Below are positions 1 through 8,190 of a DNA stretch of 64,000 bases, in pieces. The notes under the pieces were generated by a model. That model had not been told where the DNA came from and made no database searches. It was given only the letters and a program-made list of their open reading frames with translations. Position 1 is the first letter of the stretch; each line of letters opens with the position of its first letter. Origin of the DNA: a virus. The position numbers and the translations under genes were made by a program. The stretch is taken from IMG/VR virus record IMGVR_UViG_3300020406_000804, positions 1 through 64,000 of that record, one strand, 5' to 3'.

Positions 1-3000
1 CATATTTATGATAATGGTGAAATGACCTTTGGAGAACTTAAACAGTTGCTTCAAGCTGCTGTTGACGGCCGTTTGCGTGGAACAGAAAAAACTGATGGTC
101 AAAATGTTTATTTATCCTTTGATGTTGTTGCGCAGAGAGCCCGGGCAATAAGAAACAAGACTCACATCAAGGCTGGTGGCTTGAATGTGGAAGAGTTTGA
201 TAATTTTTTTGCAGCGCACCCAAACCAAGCTTTAAGATACAGTTTTGTGGAAGCTTTACAGGCTTTTGAAGATGTTGTCAAGCAACTAGATCAAGAAGTT
301 CAGTTGCAAATTTTTGGAAAAAAAGAAGAAAACATTTACTTTAATACTGAGGTTATGAACCCAGGAGTACCAGATGCAGATCCGGACGATCCAAGAGGTC
401 AGGGTACCACAAATGTTATACCATATGACAAGAAAACACTATTAATACACGAAGTCGGTCATAGCATGTTTGATGGAGACACAGGGCTTCCATATGATAA
501 CCCTAAAGTATCAAGAAGATTAGCTAAGGCATACGGGATCCTAGAAAATTCTTTAGTTGGCAAATCAACAGATGAGCAAAGTGTTTTTTCAATAGAAACG
601 CACCCAAGAAGAAAGTTAGAAAGAGCTGGTATGGAAAGGGCTTCGAAGATTTTACAAGGCACTTTTGAAGCAATTGACAATGTTGTTTCTGACTTTGGGC
701 TAAATGACTCTGATACTATTCAGGATCTTGTGATGGTACAAATAAAACCAATTATTGATAATTTTGGAATGACAGAAGATAGAAATAAAGCTTTTATTTT
801 GCGTCTTATGGGCTTATGTAAAAGTTTAGAGGATCCTGAAAAATTAATTCCTTGCGGAACAAGAGACGCCAAAACAGGCAAACGATTACATCATCCCCCA
901 ATTAATATTAAAGATTTAACCGCAGGAGTACCTCAAGAATTATCAGACGAGATAAGAACTTTTGACAAGGGCTTTAAGTACCAGGAGTACACAGCTGCTT
1001 TAAGTGGTGCATTGTATGAATTTACAAATGCAATATTACAAGATTTTCAATCTTCTTTTATAGCAGATAATCAAAAAGCTATAAAAGATTTACAAGACGA
1101 AATAAGCCAATCTATAAAAAAAATACAGAGTTCTTCAAATGAAGCCGCAAAGCAAGATTTAGAAAAACAACTAAAAAAATTACAAAATGTTCAAAATGTG
1201 AACACACCTTCAGAAGGCTTTGTATTTAACTTTAATGGTAGCACCTATAAGTTTACAGGATGGTTCGCTCCTAGCAATCAAATTTTGGGCACAGAGAGGT
1301 ATAATCGCTTTGGCCCTATAGAACCTCCAGAAAATGAAAAACTACCCTCAGACGCGGAAACTGAAGCTCTAACAGTGGCTGTATACCCTGGTTCTTTTAA
1401 ACCTCCGCACGTTGGGCACCTAAAGGCACTAGAAAAAATAGAAGAAAGGGTAAATTCTGGTGAATTACCAAAAGTAGAGAAATACTATGTCATAATATCT
1501 AGTCCTATTTCAGCAGCGAGGCCTCTGCCTAGTTCTGGGAAAACAATTTCTGCGCATGATGCCAAAATGATGTGGCAAATGATGTTAGAAAATTCTCCAA
1601 TTAGAAATAAAACTCAAATAATCGCCGGAGGAAGAGATACAGTTTCACCTATGAAAGTCACAATAGATTATGTAACAAAGCAGTCGGATCCTACAAATTT
1701 ACTTGTAGCCCCACCAAATGCAAAAGTAATTTTAGTTGTTGGCGACAAAGAATCAGACGCAAAAAGATTTAGAGGTTTGAGAGATACGGTAAAAGAAAAG
1801 AGACCTGATGTAGAATTATTTTCTGGTGTTGTTCCTGAAAATTTTCACGATCCTAAATTTGTTGAACTTGTCAATAAACACCCAAGTGTAAAAACTGGAC
1901 TAAAAAGCAACTATAAAACTCTCAATGCTAGTGATATGAGATTCTCGATGGATTTAGCTTCCCAGGAGCCTGTCGGACTTGAAATGTTAAAATACTTTTT
2001 ACCAGATCAAAGCCAAGAAATGGCGCTCGCATATATGGGAATATTGGGCCTAAATCCTGCTGATCTTAGAGATGACGATTCTGATCAAGTAACAGAGCCC
2101 GAAATTGATGATCGCGACCCGCTTCAGGAAGTTATTAAGGAAGAAATTTTAAGAGTTTTGGAATCTTTCAAAAAACAAACACCTCCTTCAGCAAAACCCG
2201 ATAGTGGAAGGTTTCAAAGAAAACAGCGCAAAAGGCTTTCCAAAGCACATGCGACCTATTTAGATAAGGGAAGAAAAGACTTGACAAAATATGGTGGGGG
2301 CTTTCATTTAGACAGACCAAAAAATATTTCTAATGCTTTTCTTGCAGAAGAAGAATTCGAGGAAGCCATGAGTATGGCAGGTGGAAATATCCAAGTGGGA
2401 ACCAGCGCTCTGGGTAAAAAGAGGGAAAAACCTAATAAAAGGAATGATGAAATGATAAAACAAGAAAAGAAACTTCGAATGAAGATAAGAGAATCTTTAA
2501 AAGAATTTTTTAAACTTAAGGCAGCTGAGCACCAACGTGAAGTCTCAACAATCTTAGAAGAACATCGGCTGAGAATACACCTCAGAAATTTGCTTTTTGA
2601 GCAAGCGTTTTTGAATGAGTCCGAGGATCCAACTACAGATGTGCATGATAATACTGGAATTAATACTTTGAAAGATTTATTTAAAAATACAAACATTTTA
2701 TCTACTCTTAGGAATGTTTACAAAACACTAACAACCAACAAGGATCAAAAAGATTCTTTTCGAGCGCATGTTTTAAAGTGGACAGTTGATACTCTTGCTC
2801 CGGTCAGGCTCAATGATGTTGATCCAACCAAACAAACACAAGCTGTTACAGAAGATAATGTTGGCGTAGATATATTGGGAGTTGAAACAAATCCGGATAT
2901 GTTTTTAGATTTTCCAGATGGCTCAGAGAAAGAGAGCACCCAAGAACCAGAACAAGAAGAAGAAAAAATGAAGCCAATTTCTGGTGAGGACACCACAGGT

Positions 3001-3216
3001 CGTAATAAAGCCGAAAGAGTATATCCATCAATTGAAAAATCAGTAATTGATTATTATGGGGAGCTAGATAATCCCGAAGATCAAGAAATGTTTTATGATT
3101 ATTTAATAGCAAATATGAAGCTTTATTTTGATAAATGGGATGGAGAGATGTCAGCTTCGCCACCAGAAGAGCCTCAAAGCGCGGAATATGATCAAGCTAA
3201 ATCAGCTGAGGCCTGA
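1..3216 (+). CDS. 5'-partial multidomain protein: RNA-ligase-like nucleotidyltransferase fold, HIGH-motif (cytidylyl/adenylyl)transferase domain, acidic C-terminal region
   Basis: Frame is open from base 1 (HIYDNGE-MTFGELK). Ligase-like motifs EKTDGQN (KxDG), FNTEVM, EGFVF and YKFTG, followed by YPGSFKPPHVGH (HIGH) and LNASDMR. Confidence 0.7.
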   Translation, partial: HIYDNGEMTFGELKQLLQAAVDGRLRGTEKTDGQNVYLSFDVVAQRARAIRNKTHIKAGGLNVEEFDNFFAAHPNQALRYSFVEALQAFEDVVKQLDQEVQLQIFGKKEENIYFNTEVMNPGVPDADPDDPRGQGTTNVIPYDKKTLLIHEVGHSMFDGDTGLPYDNPKVSRRLAKAYGILENSLVGKSTDEQSVFSIETHPRRKLERAGMERASKILQGTFEAIDNVVSDFGLNDSDTIQDLVMVQIKPIIDNFGMTEDRNKAFILRLMGLCKSLEDPEKLIPCGTRDAKTGKRLHHPPINIKDLTAGVPQELSDEIRTFDKGFKYQEYTAALSGALYEFTNAILQDFQSSFIADNQKAIKDLQDEISQSIKKIQSSSNEAAKQDLEKQLKKLQNVQNVNTPSEGFVFNFNGSTYKFTGWFAPSNQILGTERYNRFGPIEPPENEKLPSDAETEALTVAVYPGSFKPPHVGHLKALEKIEERVNSGELPKVEKYYVIISSPISAARPLPSSGKTISAHDAKMMWQMMLENSPIRNKTQIIAGGRDTVSPMKVTIDYVTKQSDPTNLLVAPPNAKVILVVGDKESDAKRFRGLRDTVKEKRPDVELFSGVVPENFHDPKFVELVNKHPSVKTGLKSNYKTLNASDMRFSMDLASQEPVGLEMLKYFLPDQSQEMALAYMGILGLNPADLRDDDSDQVTEPEIDDRDPLQEVIKEEILRVLESFKKQTPPSAKPDSGRFQRKQRKRLSKAHATYLDKGRKDLTKYGGGFHLDRPKNISNAFLAEEEFEEAMSMAGGNIQVGTSALGKKREKPNKRNDEMIKQEKKLRMKIRESLKEFFKLKAAEHQREVSTILEEHRLRIHLRNLLFEQAFLNESEDPTTDVHDNTGINTLKDLFKNTNILSTLRNVYKTLTTNKDQKDSFRAHVLKWTVDTLAPVRLNDVDPTKQTQAVTEDNVGVDILGVETNPDMFLDFPDGSEKESTQEPEQEEEKMKPISGEDTTGRNKAERVYPSIEKSVIDYYGELDNPEDQEMFYDYLIANMKLYFDKWDGEMSASPPEEPQSAEYDQAKSAEA

Positions 3217-3236
3217 TTTTTTTCATTTAAAAATCC

Positions 3237-3265
3237 TTGAATTTTTTAATATCGTGTGCTACCCT
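3237..3265 (+). promoter_or_regulatory. possible sigma70-type promoter with extended -10
   Basis: TTGAAT-17 bp-TACCCT, with TG just upstream of the -10; ATG at 3273. The -10 match is weak. Confidence 0.35.
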
Positions 3266-3272
3266 TGGTAGG

Positions 3273-3674
3273 ATGGTTGGCAAAACAGCGATAAAAGATG
3301 ATTACTTCAAAAATACAAAAACCTATTCTTCAAATAAAAATTACAATTTAAAAAATAAATTATTAAAAGAAAAAAAAATAGATAATGATTTTTTAGAAAA
3401 ATTAAAATTTATTAAATTAGAAGAATTAATTACATTAAAGTTATTAGTAGCAACTTCAACACTGCGTGGGAAAATTTTTAATTTTCCCATTTTAAAGTTT
3501 TCAACTGAAATTTGTAAAGAGGCTGTTTTGCGATTTGCTTTATCTCAAGCTAATTCAAAAAGAGAAGCTTTACTAATATTAGGACTAAAGAGAGCAGACT
3601 TATCATATTATTTAAAAAAATATAATTTAGAAAAGGATTTTAATTATGATAGTAAAACAAGAAAAGATAGATAA
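3273..3674 (+). CDS. hypothetical protein with C-terminal Fis-like helix-turn-helix
   Basis: SKREALLILGLKRADLSYYLKKY resembles the Fis/NtrC HTH. ATG 3273 preferred over TTG 3237. Confidence 0.55.
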   Translation: MVGKTAIKDDYFKNTKTYSSNKNYNLKNKLLKEKKIDNDFLEKLKFIKLEELITLKLLVATSTLRGKIFNFPILKFSTEICKEAVLRFALSQANSKREALLILGLKRADLSYYLKKYNLEKDFNYDSKTRKDR

Positions 3675-4002
3675 ACCTTGGGGGTATGAAATCATATGGT
3701 CTAAGTGTAAAAAATTTGTTGGAAAAATTCTTTATATTAATAAAGGAAATAAGCTCTCTAGGCAATATCATAATATAAAAGAAGAAACCATCTTTGTACA
3801 AGAGGGAAGCTTACTAGTAGAGGTTGGATCAAAAGAATATAAAGAAGATATTTATTTAAAGCCCGGTGAGTCGCTTCATATTACTCCAAATACCATCCAC
3901 AGATTCTGTGCATTAAAAAATGATGTAACGTTATTTGAAGTCAGCACACCAGAATTAAATGATGTAGTCAGACTGGAAGATGATTATAATCGAGTAAACT
4001 AG
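3646..4002 (+). CDS. cupin-domain protein (mannose-6-phosphate isomerase type II C-terminal-like)
   Basis: KPWGYE, LSRQYH..KEET, PGESLHI.P..IHRF, EVSTPEL.DVVRLEDDY.R. Confidence 0.85.
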   Translation: MIVKQEKIDKPWGYEIIWSKCKKFVGKILYINKGNKLSRQYHNIKEETIFVQEGSLLVEVGSKEYKEDIYLKPGESLHITPNTIHRFCALKNDVTLFEVSTPELNDVVRLEDDYNRVN

Positions 4003-4024
4003 TTAAATTAAGGAGGAGCTTATT

Positions 4025-4120
4025 ATGAAGAAATTTTTACATAAATTAGTTACGTTATTCGATTCAAATCATTGTTGCTGCTGCTGTGGCTGCTGCGCTT
4101 GTAAAAATGGCTGCTGCTGA
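4025..4120 (+). CDS. 31-aa cysteine-rich peptide (not in ORF track)
   Basis: AGGAGGAG RBS at 4011-4018. Translates MKKFLHKLVTLFDSNHCCCCCGCCACKNGCC* and fills the gap between the cupin gene and the tmRNA. Confidence 0.75.
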   Translation: MKKFLHKLVTLFDSNHCCCCCGCCACKNGCC

Positions 4121-4124
4121 ATAT

Positions 4125-4443
<319 letters not shown>

Positions 4444-4460
4444 GGAGACTACTTATTATT

Positions 4461-4826
4461 ATGAAACTTATAATGGAAAATTGGAAACGTTATTTAAGTG
4501 AGCAAGTTTGCACAAACCCAAATAGTTGTTCGATTTCTATTGAACCAACTTCAAATAAAGAAATGCAGGAAGAAATTGTTAGAAGTTTGAACACCGCGAT
4601 GGAGCGTCTAAAAACACCAAATCGAGAATTATATAATTTTAACTTAGGACAAGCAACTGGCGGAGTTCCACCTGAAATGTTAAATAGTTTAGGAATCACC
4701 CTGCCAGATTTGCCAAAATCTCCAAGAGAAATAGAAGCGTGGCTCGAACAAATACAGACTGAACCTTCTTTGTATAACATTTCATGTACTTCTACTGGCT
4801 GCCTTGCAGAAAAAAAGACCCAATAG
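4461..4826 (+). CDS. cassette protein 1 with MKLIMENWK leader (121 aa)
   Basis: ATG 4461 follows CTACTTA; the track's extension to 4386 overlaps the tmRNA. The TAG stop overlaps repeat copy 2. Confidence 0.8.
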   Translation: MKLIMENWKRYLSEQVCTNPNSCSISIEPTSNKEMQEEIVRSLNTAMERLKTPNRELYNFNLGQATGGVPPEMLNSLGITLPDLPKSPREIEAWLEQIQTEPSLYNISCTSTGCLAEKKTQ

Positions 4827-4860
4827 ACTCCCGCCACCTCCACCAACTTTTTCTTATTTT
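4826..4860 (+). repeat. tmRNA 3'-end direct repeat, copy 2
   Basis: First 26 bp identical to copy 1, then one extra T, then CTTATTTT. Confidence 0.9.
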
Positions 4861-4891
4861 CAGGACTACTTATATTTAAGGAGACTTTATA

Positions 4892-5152
4892 ATGAAACTT
4901 ATAATGGAAAACTGGAAAAAATTTGTAACAGAAGAAGAGGAAGAAAACTATCAAGCAGCAAGCGAGGCAGCTGCCGACCCGGTAGTGCATGCAAATGCGA
5001 TGCTTCATGAGGCCGTAGAGGCCATGTATGAGCTAGATGACGCAATCGACAATGGTCTTACCATGGCACGCGATGCAGAAGTTACGCTAGCAGACCTAGA
5101 ATCTAAAATAGTCCAACTGAACCAGTTGCTTCAAGGACTTAAACAGGCTTAA
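4892..5152 (+). CDS. cassette protein 2 with MKLIMENWK leader (acidic, coiled-coil-like)
   Basis: AAGGAG RBS; MKLIMENWKKFVTEEEEE. The TAA stop overlaps repeat copy 3. Confidence 0.8.
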   Translation: MKLIMENWKKFVTEEEEENYQAASEAAADPVVHANAMLHEAVEAMYELDDAIDNGLTMARDAEVTLADLESKIVQLNQLLQGLKQA

Positions 5153-5178
5153 CTCCCACCACCTCCGCCACTTTTCTT
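5152..5178 (+). repeat. tmRNA 3'-end direct repeat, copy 3 (degenerate)
   Basis: ACTCCCACCACCTCCGCCACTTTTCTT: 2 substitutions and a 1-nt deletion relative to copy 1. Confidence 0.8.
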
Positions 5179-5205
5179 GACATTATCTTATTTGGTTGTT
5201 ATAAT
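5177..5205 (+). promoter_or_regulatory. consensus sigma70 promoter for iscU
   Basis: TTGACA (5177-5182), 17 bp, TATAAT (5200-5205); ATG at 5212. Confidence 0.85.
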
Positions 5206-5211
5206 TAAAGT

Positions 5212-5601
5212 ATGACATATTCAAAAAAAGTAATAGATCACTTTGAGAATCCTAGAAACGTAGGATCACTAGATAAAAATGATGACTCTGTAGGGACAGG
5301 TATCGTTGGCGCTCCTGCTTGTGGAGACGTTATGAAACTTCAAATCAAAGTAAGTGCCAATGGTTTAATAGAGGACGCAAAATTTAAAACATACGGATGC
5401 GGATCTGCTATAGCTTCGTCATCCTTGGTAACTGAATGGATTAAGGGAAAAACCCTTGATGAAGCTACACAAATTAAAAATAAAGACATCGCAGACCATC
5501 TGTCGCTCCCACCTGTAAAAGTCCATTGCTCTGTTTTGGCTGAAGATGCCATCAAGACTGCTATTGAGGATTATAAAAAGAAAAATGATAACACTAACTG
5601 A
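5212..5601 (+). CDS. iscU: Fe-S cluster scaffold IscU
   Basis: YSKKVIDHFENPRNVG, GAPACGDVMKLQI, FKTYGCGSAIASSS, LPPVKVHCS. Confidence 0.96.
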   Translation: MTYSKKVIDHFENPRNVGSLDKNDDSVGTGIVGAPACGDVMKLQIKVSANGLIEDAKFKTYGCGSAIASSSLVTEWIKGKTLDEATQIKNKDIADHLSLPPVKVHCSVLAEDAIKTAIEDYKKKNDNTN

Positions 5602-5899
5602 TTCTGCTGCTAAAAAAATAAAATCCCTCCTTTTAGAAAAATCTGAAACTGGAGTAAGGGCCGCTGTCCAAGGCGGAGGATGCTCTGGCTTTACCTATCA
5701 ATTAAAATTTGATAATCAAAACGAAAAAGATAAAGTCGTAGAAAGTCACGGAGTTAATGTTTACGTTGACCCTAAAAGTTTTTTATATTTAATGGGCACA
5801 CTAATAGACTTTGTAGATGAGTTAAATCAGTCCGGCTTCAGATTTGTAAATCCAAACGCTAAAAGAACTTGCGGCTGTGGAGAGTCATTTTCTATTTAA
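5585..5899 (+). CDS. iscA: A-type Fe-S carrier (IscA/HesB family)
   Basis: ITLTDSAA, GGGCSGFTY, NPNAKRTCGCGESF; ATG 5585. Confidence 0.93.
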   Translation: MITLTDSAAKKIKSLLLEKSETGVRAAVQGGGCSGFTYQLKFDNQNEKDKVVESHGVNVYVDPKSFLYLMGTLIDFVDELNQSGFRFVNPNAKRTCGCGESFSI

Positions 5900-5912
5900 A
5901 ACTATTTAATAT

Positions 5913-6797
5913 ATGAAAAGTATTAAAAGTTTTAGCACTCCAAACATCAGGAAATTAATCGGAGACACACCATTAATAAAAATCTCTCCACACATATATG
6001 CAAAACTTGAAACATACAGCCCATCTGGATCTGTAAAAGATAGAATGATTCATTATATTGTTGAGAGAGCAAGAGTTTTTGGAAAAATAACAGAAAAATC
6101 AATACTTTGTGAAGCAACTTCTGGGAATACTGGAATTGCACTTTCAATGATGGCTGCCTCTCTTGGAGTTAAGTGTGTAATATTTATGCCAAAAAATATG
6201 TCTGAAGAAAGAAGGCAGATGATGAAAATTTATGGAGCAAAAATAATTGATGCACCAGAGCATGACTTTGCCGGTGCATTAGCAATGAGAGACCAATATT
6301 TATTAGCAAATGAAAATGCTTGGTCACCAAAACAATTTAGTAATAATTATAATGTATTGTGTCACCAAACAAGCACAGCTCCAGAAATACATAAACAAGT
6401 AATAGATACAAAATATTATTGGTCAGCTTTTGTTCATGGTTCTGGTACCGGCGGAACCATTGAAGGTGTAAGAAAATATGTATCAAACAATAATTTAAAA
6501 ACCAAAATTTGTTTAACTAGACCAGCAGAAGAGGACCATGGCATTCAAGGAATTGGAGACGGAAAAGATTATTTATTCAATTCAGAAAATGCAGATAGAA
6601 TTATAGAAATAAAAACACAAGAAGCTATATCTAGAGCAAAGAATTTCATAGAAGAGACAGGCATTTTAATTGGTATTTCTTCTGGTGCAAATTTACTAGC
6701 AGCTGAAAGATATGTGAATACAATGAATCCTTCTGGTATTGTAGTGACAATGTTATGCGATCGGGGTGAGAGATACATGTCTATTTATGGTAAATAA
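5913..6797 (+). CDS. cysK: PLP-dependent cysteine synthase family protein (CysK/CysM)
   Basis: IGDTPL, KLE..SPSGSVKDR, EATSGNTGIAL, GSGTGGT, HGIQGIG, GISSGAN, DRGERY.S. Confidence 0.88.
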   Translation: MKSIKSFSTPNIRKLIGDTPLIKISPHIYAKLETYSPSGSVKDRMIHYIVERARVFGKITEKSILCEATSGNTGIALSMMAASLGVKCVIFMPKNMSEERRQMMKIYGAKIIDAPEHDFAGALAMRDQYLLANENAWSPKQFSNNYNVLCHQTSTAPEIHKQVIDTKYYWSAFVHGSGTGGTIEGVRKYVSNNNLKTKICLTRPAEEDHGIQGIGDGKDYLFNSENADRIIEIKTQEAISRAKNFIEETGILIGISSGANLLAAERYVNTMNPSGIVVTMLCDRGERYMSIYGK

Positions 6798-6836
6798 TAC
6801 TATTTACTATGTTAAAAAAATTTGGAGACTAGCAAC

Positions 6837-7385
6837 ATGCGTATAAAAATTATTTTAGAAAAAAAACAAAAATTTAAATCTCATAAAATGTATGATCCAA
6901 ACTCTGAAGATGTTATTGATGCAAAAGAGAAAGAAGATCATGATGAATATGGCAAAAAAGGCTACATACATATTGATCCTGAAGCAATCAGAGGTGTGCT
7001 AGATGATGAAGGTGGGGCTTCAGGCATGGATCCATTTCTTGATTCTGAAGATATCGATGCTGACGAGGATGAAATTAAAATAGCTCTCGATGCAATGGAT
7101 GATGTTGGTCAACACGAAAAAGGTGATTACATTTTAGACGACGGGGAAAAAATTAAAGTCGTAAAAGAAATGATTAAGGAAGAAATAATTAAACTTTTTC
7201 TAGAAAAACGTAAAAAGAAAAAAAAACGTAAAAAGAAAAAAAAGTCTTCGGGTAAAAAAGATGCATGTTATCATAAAGTTAAAGCAAGGTATTCTGTATG
7301 GCCTTCAGCCTATGCATCTGGTGCACTTGTAAAGTGTAGAAAAGTCGGCGCAGCTAACTGGGGCAATAAGAGTAAGAAAAAATGA
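6837..7385 (+). CDS. phage hypothetical protein, acidic N-half and Lys-rich C-terminal module
   Basis: GGAG before ATG 6837; KKDACYHKVKARYSVWPSAYASGALVKCRK module; internal MIKEEII motif. Confidence 0.7.
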   Translation: MRIKIILEKKQKFKSHKMYDPNSEDVIDAKEKEDHDEYGKKGYIHIDPEAIRGVLDDEGGASGMDPFLDSEDIDADEDEIKIALDAMDDVGQHEKGDYILDDGEKIKVVKEMIKEEIIKLFLEKRKKKKKRKKKKKSSGKKDACYHKVKARYSVWPSAYASGALVKCRKVGAANWGNKSKKK

Positions 7386-7858
7386 AAAAAGAACAGTTAA
7401 TACAAATTATTCTTGAAGAATTGCAAATTGTATTGCTGGAAAGGTGCCAGAAGGGATACAAAACTCATCCCAAAAGAAAAACAAAAAAGATGTATGGTAA
7501 AACATATAGAAATTGCATAAAGGCGGAAGAAGGGAACGATCCAAAAAAAGGAACAGGTAAAAAACCAAAAGGCTCCGGAAGAAGACTATACACAGATGAA
7601 AACCCAAAAGATACCGTATCTGTAAAGTTTAGTTCAGTTTCTGATATTAGGGATACATTTTTAAAATCAAGCTTTAAATCTAAGTCACATAAGAGACAGT
7701 CTCAAATAATTAATTTAGTTCACCAAAGGGTTAGAGCAGCTTATAAAAATGCTAAGGACCCTAAAGTTAAATCAAGATTAAAAAAAGCATTTGATTACGC
7801 CAAAAAAAGAAAAGAAGCCTCTAAGCAGAAGACTCAAAAATTGAGGAACAAAAAATGA
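7382..7858 (+). CDS. basic phage hypothetical protein
   Basis: Overlaps both neighbours; IILEEL leader; GTGKKPKGSGRRLYTDENP. Confidence 0.7.
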   Translation: MKKEQLIQIILEELQIVLLERCQKGYKTHPKRKTKKMYGKTYRNCIKAEEGNDPKKGTGKKPKGSGRRLYTDENPKDTVSVKFSSVSDIRDTFLKSSFKSKSHKRQSQIINLVHQRVRAAYKNAKDPKVKSRLKKAFDYAKKRKEASKQKTQKLRNKK

Positions 7859-8190
7859 ATCGCGAATTTTTAATAAAAATCATTAAAGAAGAACTGTTAG
7901 AAGTTTTAAAGGAAAAAAGAAAAAAAAGAAAAAAAAGAAAAAAAGCAGGAACAGAGTCTAGTAAAGAATCTTCTTTAAGAGATTGGTTTGGCCGAAAGGG
8001 GGCCAAAGGAAAAAGGAAGGGATGGGTTGATTGCAACGCACCAGACGGAAAGGGCGGATACAAATCTTGCGGGAGGTCAAAAGGAGAAAAAAGATCAAAA
8101 TATCCTGCTTGTAGACCAACTCCAGGCGCCTGCAAAGAAAAAGGCAGAGGAAAGTCTTGGGGTAAAAAATCTTCTAGAGGCAAAAAATGA
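7855..8190 (+). CDS. basic Cys-containing phage hypothetical protein
   Basis: IIKEEL leader; LRDWF..GWVDC..SCGR..KYPACRP. Confidence 0.7.
   Translation: MNREFLIKIIKEELLEVLKEKRKKRKKRKKAGTESSKESSLRDWFGRKGAKGKRKGWVDCNAPDGKGGYKSCGRSKGEKRSKYPACRPTPGACKEKGRGKSWGKKSSRGKK

Noticed and set aside
7200-7945. A-rich tracts as DNA repeats or terminators
   Set aside because: They are in-frame poly-Lys/Arg coding sequence.
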